From IMG/VR virus record IMGVR_UViG_3300020438_003889: a DNA stretch of 64,000 bases; one strand, 5' to 3'. Shown one piece after another: positions 59,126-64,000 of this stretch (position 1 is the stretch's first letter; each line of letters begins with the position of its first letter). The notes beneath the pieces were generated by a model. The model ran no database searches and was not told the origin of the DNA. It saw only the letters and a program-made list of their open reading frames with translations. Made by a program: the position numbers and the translations under genes. This DNA is from an uncultured virus (IMG/VR IMGVR_UViG_3300020438_003889). Taxonomy: Duplodnaviria > Heunggongvirae > Uroviricota > Caudoviricetes.

Positions 59126-62100
59126 TTAGTATCCAGCACCACTAACTGTTCCTGTTGAAGTGGATCCTGATACTGCTGATGTAGACCTTGTAGTCGTTGT
59201 TGTTGAAGTGGTCGATGTTACAACTGTTCCTGATGCTTGGAGTTGGTTTGCTCCTATGGCATCAATTATTGATACATCATCAACGGTGGCCCCACTAATG
59301 AATATTTCGTTTGATGTTCCTGATATTTGAAATAATGATCCAAACACTTGTCCTGTTTGATTTGGTACTATTACAACTGTTAATAAATGCGGTGCTAGTC
59401 TATTGTGAACGTGTGCCGCAAGTTCTGTAAAGTAAAAAGAATCTCCAAAATCAAAATTATTCAATGCAAAAAATTGATCTATTGTATCAACAACCATTGT
59501 TTTTATAATTGCATTTGAGATATTTGATTCAGGATTTTTTACAACTTTAAATGTTGCTTGAAATTCTTCTTCTGATTTTGTTCCAAATAATATTTTGTAA
59601 GATACAGGATGATAAATTATTTGATCTGATAATCCTTTTACTGGATTTAATTTGTTTGAATAACTTATTCTTAATTGATCCGATGTACTCGGTGCTGGTT
59701 TTGTGCCACCTTGTTTAAGCCATTTTCTAAATAATGTATCATAAGATCTTTCTAATAGATATATGTCAACTATGTTTGATACCGAAGGATCTATTCTTGT
59801 ATTGTTTCCAGCAAAATGCTGATACTGGAAGTACAATGACGATCTTCCTTTTCGTGCATAATAATCTGTTGTTGTAACTAAAGAATTTGTTGTAGAACTA
59901 TACTTTTTAATTACGTTTTCTGCTGTGTCGTAAAAATAAAATAACTGTCCGTCTGTATATGATCCAGGTAATGTAATACTAGATTCGTTCTGCGTTACGA
60001 TAAAATTAGTTGCACCATACGGTCTCCATCTTTCAATGTTGTTATCTGTTGATATGAATTTTTCATAGAACACCCATTTAGTTGCTTCGCTTAATGTAGG
60101 CTCAATCATTATTTCAAATAATTCAGGATTATCAACAACACCGTCATCGTCTGAATCAAAGAAACCAACTTTTACTTTTCTGTTATCTTGATACCCATCT
60201 GCTTCTGATATAGTGTCAACTACTTGCCAAACATTTGGATAACCTACTGCGTTTCCTGTACTAACAAGTGTATTGTTTTTTAATAGTTTAATTGTATCTT
60301 TTTTGGTTTGTCCTGATGTATAATCGTAAATTTTTTCTTGTGGATCAAAATGAAATTTGTTTTGTCCTGCTGATTCAAATATGTAATCTAATTTTCTGTA
60401 TGATACTGTGTATGTTGATCCGTCATTAGTAAAATTAAACCACCAACTTTGATCTAAATTTGTTCCTGATTCATCTCCCGCAAACCCTAAACTAAACGTA
60501 TTGTTTGAACTAACATCTGTTGTTTTAATAACTTTCCATGTACCTGTTGTTTCGTCATACCTTAATGCAAAATTTTCATATGCTGTAATTCTATTTTGTA
60601 GATCTGCTTTTAATGTTGTACCTAATGCTGTTGCTAGTTGTGGAATAACTGCTTTTACGACTGCATTGTCTGGAATAACATCTGCTAATGTTATTGGTCC
60701 TAATCCCGACTCTAAATTTCCAACACCACCGTTTGCTCCATCTCCAACAACTGAGGCTATTTTTGCCCAATGTCTATCTTGTGCTTCGTCTGTTGCTGAA
60801 TCAACTAATTTTCCATTTTTAAATTTTCTCGTATCCGGTGAAGTAAATTTAACCAACGCACCTGGTTTTATGTATTTTAAATTTGATGTTGCATATTGAC
60901 CTACTACTAAAGGACCAGCCGAATAAATGTATCCAGTGTTTGTGTTCGTACTTGTTGTTGTACTGTTCCAAGACGTTGTTAACAATGAGAGATCTTTTGC
61001 TCCATACTTGTTATAATAAAACTGTCTTGAGTATGGTAATTTTATTTTTGTTTCTATTTTTGTGTTAAGTGTGTTAAGAATATCATTCTTGTTATTAAAT
61101 GTAAAAGTAAATGAAGGTAATGTTTCTTCTTTATAAAGAACACCGTCATCGGCAATTACATTAACATTTGAATATGATCCTGTTGGGTCAACAATTTCTT
61201 TTGCTCTTGATATACCCGATGCCGTTCTGTTAACAGATCTAATTTTAATAATTTCTTGTGATGCTTTTAATGGTACAACATTGTAATCTTCTGCTGTAAT
61301 CATTCTATCTTGTGAATAATAAACCTGTGGTGCTTTTTCTCTAATTGATGCACTTGATTCTGATTGTGCAGAATTATAAAGTGTTTGTTGCAAACTTGCT
61401 CCAACAGTTAATGTTTGATTTGCGCCATTCTTATCTAAGTATGGAATATTAAATTGTATACTTTGCATATCTGCAGGTTGAATTGTGTATCTTTCATTAG
61501 CACTTGTTCTGTAGTATGCTCTGAATCTTCCCATAGGAATATCTGCAAAGTTGCCATCGCCAAATACTAGATCAACACTATCATTTGCTCTAGTAACTGT
61601 GTTGTAAATATTTCTCACACTTGATTCAACTGAATTATAAATTGCGTTGTTACCTGCAAGTGCTGGAACGTTTTTCCATAAAGAATAAGGTTGGCCAAAA
61701 TCATCTAATTGCCATAACCAGACGTCTGAATCATTAATATTATTAGCACCTAACGGTTGTACTAAATTTGTTGTTGAATCTGTTATTGTAAAATCTTCTG
61801 CTTGTAATGTTCCTTCTTTGAACAAAGCAAAAAATCCTGTGTTGTTTGACGAATCACCTGCGCCGTCAGTCCTATATACGTATGAGAACGAACCACCCGG
61901 TAGAGGTAATCTTTCATAAATGTAATCTTGTTTAAGTATTGTTGATGGAACAATTTCAAATTTTCTTGTTATACCGCTCACCGGTCTTGAAAAAGTATAC
62001 ATTGGTACATCTGTATTGCTAGATCTTGTTGCGTAAATTTCTGTAGATATGTTTCCAATCTTACCTGACTCTAATGGTTTTCCAAAAGTCTGTCCTGTTT

Positions 62101-62590
62101 GATTTAATCCTTCAAGAATATTAATAAAGTGTTCTCTGTAATTTGGATTTGCCGCATCATTCCAACGTATTGTTAATCCTGCTAGACTTTGTCCTGCACT
62201 ATCTTTTATTTCTTCAGTGGTTGATACTGATGTAAATTTTAACATTCCAACTGCCGGTTTATTTCTAGCGGCATTGTAGTTGATAAGTCTTGCTAATCTT
62301 AAAACTGAATCTCTTCTTGATGCTGTTTCTAGGAAATTTTCTCTTGCATTTAAATCAACTCTGAACGATAATGATTGTGCCACATAAGCAATTAGATCTA
62401 ATAGTGCAACATACTCAGAACTTTCAACAAAGTCGTTAAAATCATCTGGATAATTTTCTTGCAGATATGCAACCATAGTTCTACGCATGGTTTCAAAATC
62501 ATAAGATTTGAAATCCGCTGACTGGAAAGCAGTATAGATCTTTCTCCAATCCTCTGCTACTAATAATCTGTTTTGTCTTTTTGTGGCCAT
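59126..62590 (-). CDS. gp6: baseplate wedge subunit (T4 gp6-like)
   Basis: DFETMR...DFNDF.ESSE...LLDLIAY...NARENFLETA.RRDSV.RLA...Y; FGDG; ESSASIREKAP..YSQDRMITAEDY. Confidence 0.85.
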   Translation of the reverse strand: MATKRQNRLLVAEDWRKIYTAFQSADFKSYDFETMRRTMVAYLQENYPDDFNDFVESSEYVALLDLIAYVAQSLSFRVDLNARENFLETASRRDSVLRLARLINYNAARNKPAVGMLKFTSVSTTEEIKDSAGQSLAGLTIRWNDAANPNYREHFINILEGLNQTGQTFGKPLESGKIGNISTEIYATRSSNTDVPMYTFSRPVSGITRKFEIVPSTILKQDYIYERLPLPGGSFSYVYRTDGAGDSSNNTGFFALFKEGTLQAEDFTITDSTTNLVQPLGANNINDSDVWLWQLDDFGQPYSLWKNVPALAGNNAIYNSVESSVRNIYNTVTRANDSVDLVFGDGNFADIPMGRFRAYYRTSANERYTIQPADMQSIQFNIPYLDKNGANQTLTVGASLQQTLYNSAQSESSASIREKAPQVYYSQDRMITAEDYNVVPLKASQEIIKIRSVNRTASGISRAKEIVDPTGSYSNVNVIADDGVLYKEETLPSFTFTFNNKNDILNTLNTKIETKIKLPYSRQFYYNKYGAKDLSLLTTSWNSTTTSTNTNTGYIYSAGPLVVGQYATSNLKYIKPGALVKFTSPDTRKFKNGKLVDSATDEAQDRHWAKIASVVGDGANGGVGNLESGLGPITLADVIPDNAVVKAVIPQLATALGTTLKADLQNRITAYENFALRYDETTGTWKVIKTTDVSSNNTFSLGFAGDESGTNLDQSWWFNFTNDGSTYTVSYRKLDYIFESAGQNKFHFDPQEKIYDYTSGQTKKDTIKLLKNNTLVSTGNAVGYPNVWQVVDTISEADGYQDNRKVKVGFFDSDDDGVVDNPELFEIMIEPTLSEATKWVFYEKFISTDNNIERWRPYGATNFIVTQNESSITLPGSYTDGQLFYFYDTAENVIKKYSSTTNSLVTTTDYYARKGRSSLYFQYQHFAGNNTRIDPSVSNIVDIYLLERSYDTLFRKWLKQGGTKPAPSTSDQLRISYSNKLNPVKGLSDQIIYHPVSYKILFGTKSEEEFQATFKVVKNPESNISNAIIKTMVVDTIDQFFALNNFDFGDSFYFTELAAHVHNRLAPHLLTVVIVPNQTGQVFGSLFQISGTSNEIFISGATVDDVSIIDAIGANQLQASGTVVTSTTSTTTTTRSTSAVSGSTSTGTVSGAGY

Positions 62591-62606
62591 AATACTTTAT
62601 AAACGA

Positions 62607-62614
62607 TATTTATA
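62607..62614 (-). promoter_or_regulatory. T4-type late promoter (TATAAATA)
   Basis: Exact TATAAATA on the - strand in the gp25-gp6 intergenic gap. Confidence 0.65.
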
Positions 62615-62634
62615 GTATTAATTATGTGCGTATA

Positions 62635-63039
62635 TTAAGATAGGCGTAAAGATGTATCTCTGTCGAATTTGAATACCAACTTTTCAGTGATATTGTACGG
62701 AACATATGTCAAAGACGCCTGAATTGCAATACCGTGCTCATATTCTTCTACTATAATTTCATTAGTTGCTAGACGCTGATCTGCATTTAATTGCTCAGTT
62801 ACGTCATCAATAATTAATTGTCTTGTTGCTTCTGTTAATGGCTCAAATAAGGCATCGTATATAATAGTACCAAAAGCAGGATTTTCTACTCGTTCACCTT
62901 TTCTCACAGACAATCTGTTCATTAAATCTTGTTTGATTAACTCAAAATCATACAATTTAAAGTTGGAATTATCTGCACGTGAACTAAACCCTTTGTATGC
63001 ATTTCCTCTTTTAGGTATGTTGTTTTTCTCGTCAGCCAT
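62635..63039 (-). CDS. gp25: baseplate wedge subunit (T4 gp25/GpW-like)
   Basis: LIKQDL.N...RKGERVENPAFGTII..LFEPL...D.R. Confidence 0.88.
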   Translation of the reverse strand: MADEKNNIPKRGNAYKGFSSRADNSNFKLYDFELIKQDLMNRLSVRKGERVENPAFGTIIYDALFEPLTEATRQLIIDDVTEQLNADQRLATNEIIVEEYEHGIAIQASLTYVPYNITEKLVFKFDRDTSLRLS

Positions 63040-63054
63040 TATTCATTGTCCTTT

Positions 63055-64000
63055 TTATTTTTTCTTCTGCCAACCCCAACCTTCGCCGGATTGTGCTTTT
63101 TTTAATGCTTCGTCTTGTGCTTTTTTAAAGTTTTCTTTACCACCCCATTCAGCATACATATCGTCACTATATAACTTATCAATATCATAAGATCCACTAC
63201 TTGAACCAGTACTACTAGTATCAATATTTGAAAACATATCTGTATCAAACCCAAATATTTTTCCTATGTTTTTACTCACTGATGCTAAATTTTTGCCCAG
63301 TTTGTCTTTTATTGTATTAGTTTCAGTAACTGCAACCACTTTATTTCCTACTATATGTTTGTGTACACTCTTTATCTTATTTACATCAACTGAGATTGAC
63401 TCTTTTGTGATCGGGCCTTCTAGATGTGGTGAAACTATGGTTTCTGAATTTTTAACTATGGAATCTCCTAACACATTGGCAATACTTTTTGCACCTTCTG
63501 TTAATTTAGATAAATCTCCATCTAACGGAAGATTTTTAGTTTTGATTAGTTTTGATAGATCACCTTTTACGTTCAACAATCCATCTGTGTTTACAAAAAC
63601 TTTATCTTTGAACATATTTGTTGCATCACCTGAAACCAACGAATCTACAGATTCTTTAAACATAGACGAAATTTCATTTGCTGACGATTTTATTTTATTA
63701 ATATCAAACGGACCAACTGGTTTAATATCTTTTCCAAAATTATTCCATGGACCTGGAGCCTCTGGTTTTGCGTTTGCTAGATCAAATACTTTGGCATAAT
63801 CTTTTGCAAATGATTCTGCAACTGATTGAATTTTTTCTATATCAATTGATTTTTCTAAATTCAAAGATTTAATCTTTTCTTCCAAATCTGCTTTTACTTG
63901 ATCTGCTTTGATAACTTCATTTGAACTTGTTCTGTTTGATTGTGCAATACTTTCTGCATTATCAGGATTTTTAGATTTTGCTACAACATCATTGTCTGTT
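63055..64000 (-). CDS. C-terminal part of a large protein (5' end outside the window), probably baseplate hub/tail-associated by position
   Basis: Frame stays open from 63885 to the window end, so the TTG start in the track is not the true start; lies directly upstream of gp25; no diagnostic motif seen. Confidence 0.6.
   Translation of the reverse strand, partial: TDNDVVAKSKNPDNAESIAQSNRTSSNEVIKADQVKADLEEKIKSLNLEKSIDIEKIQSVAESFAKDYAKVFDLANAKPEAPGPWNNFGKDIKPVGPFDINKIKSSANEISSMFKESVDSLVSGDATNMFKDKVFVNTDGLLNVKGDLSKLIKTKNLPLDGDLSKLTEGAKSIANVLGDSIVKNSETIVSPHLEGPITKESISVDVNKIKSVHKHIVGNKVVAVTETNTIKDKLGKNLASVSKNIGKIFGFDTDMFSNIDTSSTGSSSGSYDIDKLYSDDMYAEWGGKENFKKAQDEALKKAQSGEGWGWQKKK

Noticed and set aside
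1..64000. tRNA, rRNA, CRISPR arrays, IS elements, stop-codon reassignment
   Set aside because: Coding density is near complete with gaps under about 90 nt; no repeat-spacer arrays, cloverleafs or transposases seen; long ORFs read through under the standard code

Overview
A 64 kb, AT-rich segment of a large T4-related (myovirus-type, probably jumbo) dsDNA phage genome in three blocks. (1) 1-8.5 kb, + strand: the 3' end of queE, a T4 RNase H-like 5'-3' nuclease, a MoxR-type AAA+ ATPase with an HExxH/VWA partner, and conserved phage hypotheticals, with clear sigma70-type promoters. (2) 8.5-37 kb, - strand: a tightly coupled biosynthetic/modification island with 12 radical SAM enzymes in three paralogous subfamilies (one circularly permuted). 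It also encodes 4-5 glycosyltransferase-like proteins, a UDP-glucose dehydrogenase, an NDP-sugar epimerase, an SDR, a PLP enzyme, a NodU/TobZ carbamoyltransferase, an SGNH protein, a methyltransferase-like protein, a 2OG-Fe(II) oxygenase and an MBD4-like DNA glycosylase. (3) 37-64 kb, - strand: a baseplate/tail module with gp25, gp6, a 4292 aa giant baseplate protein, three paralogous fibre proteins and a Gly-rich protein ending in two tandem Hint domains, with T4-late-type (T/A)ATAAATA motifs. The strongest candidate for an undescribed system is the radical-SAM/glycosyltransferase island next to the virion genes; its substrate (virion glycan, DNA or small molecule) cannot be determined from sequence alone. 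All functional calls come from motifs recognised by eye; no database searches were run.
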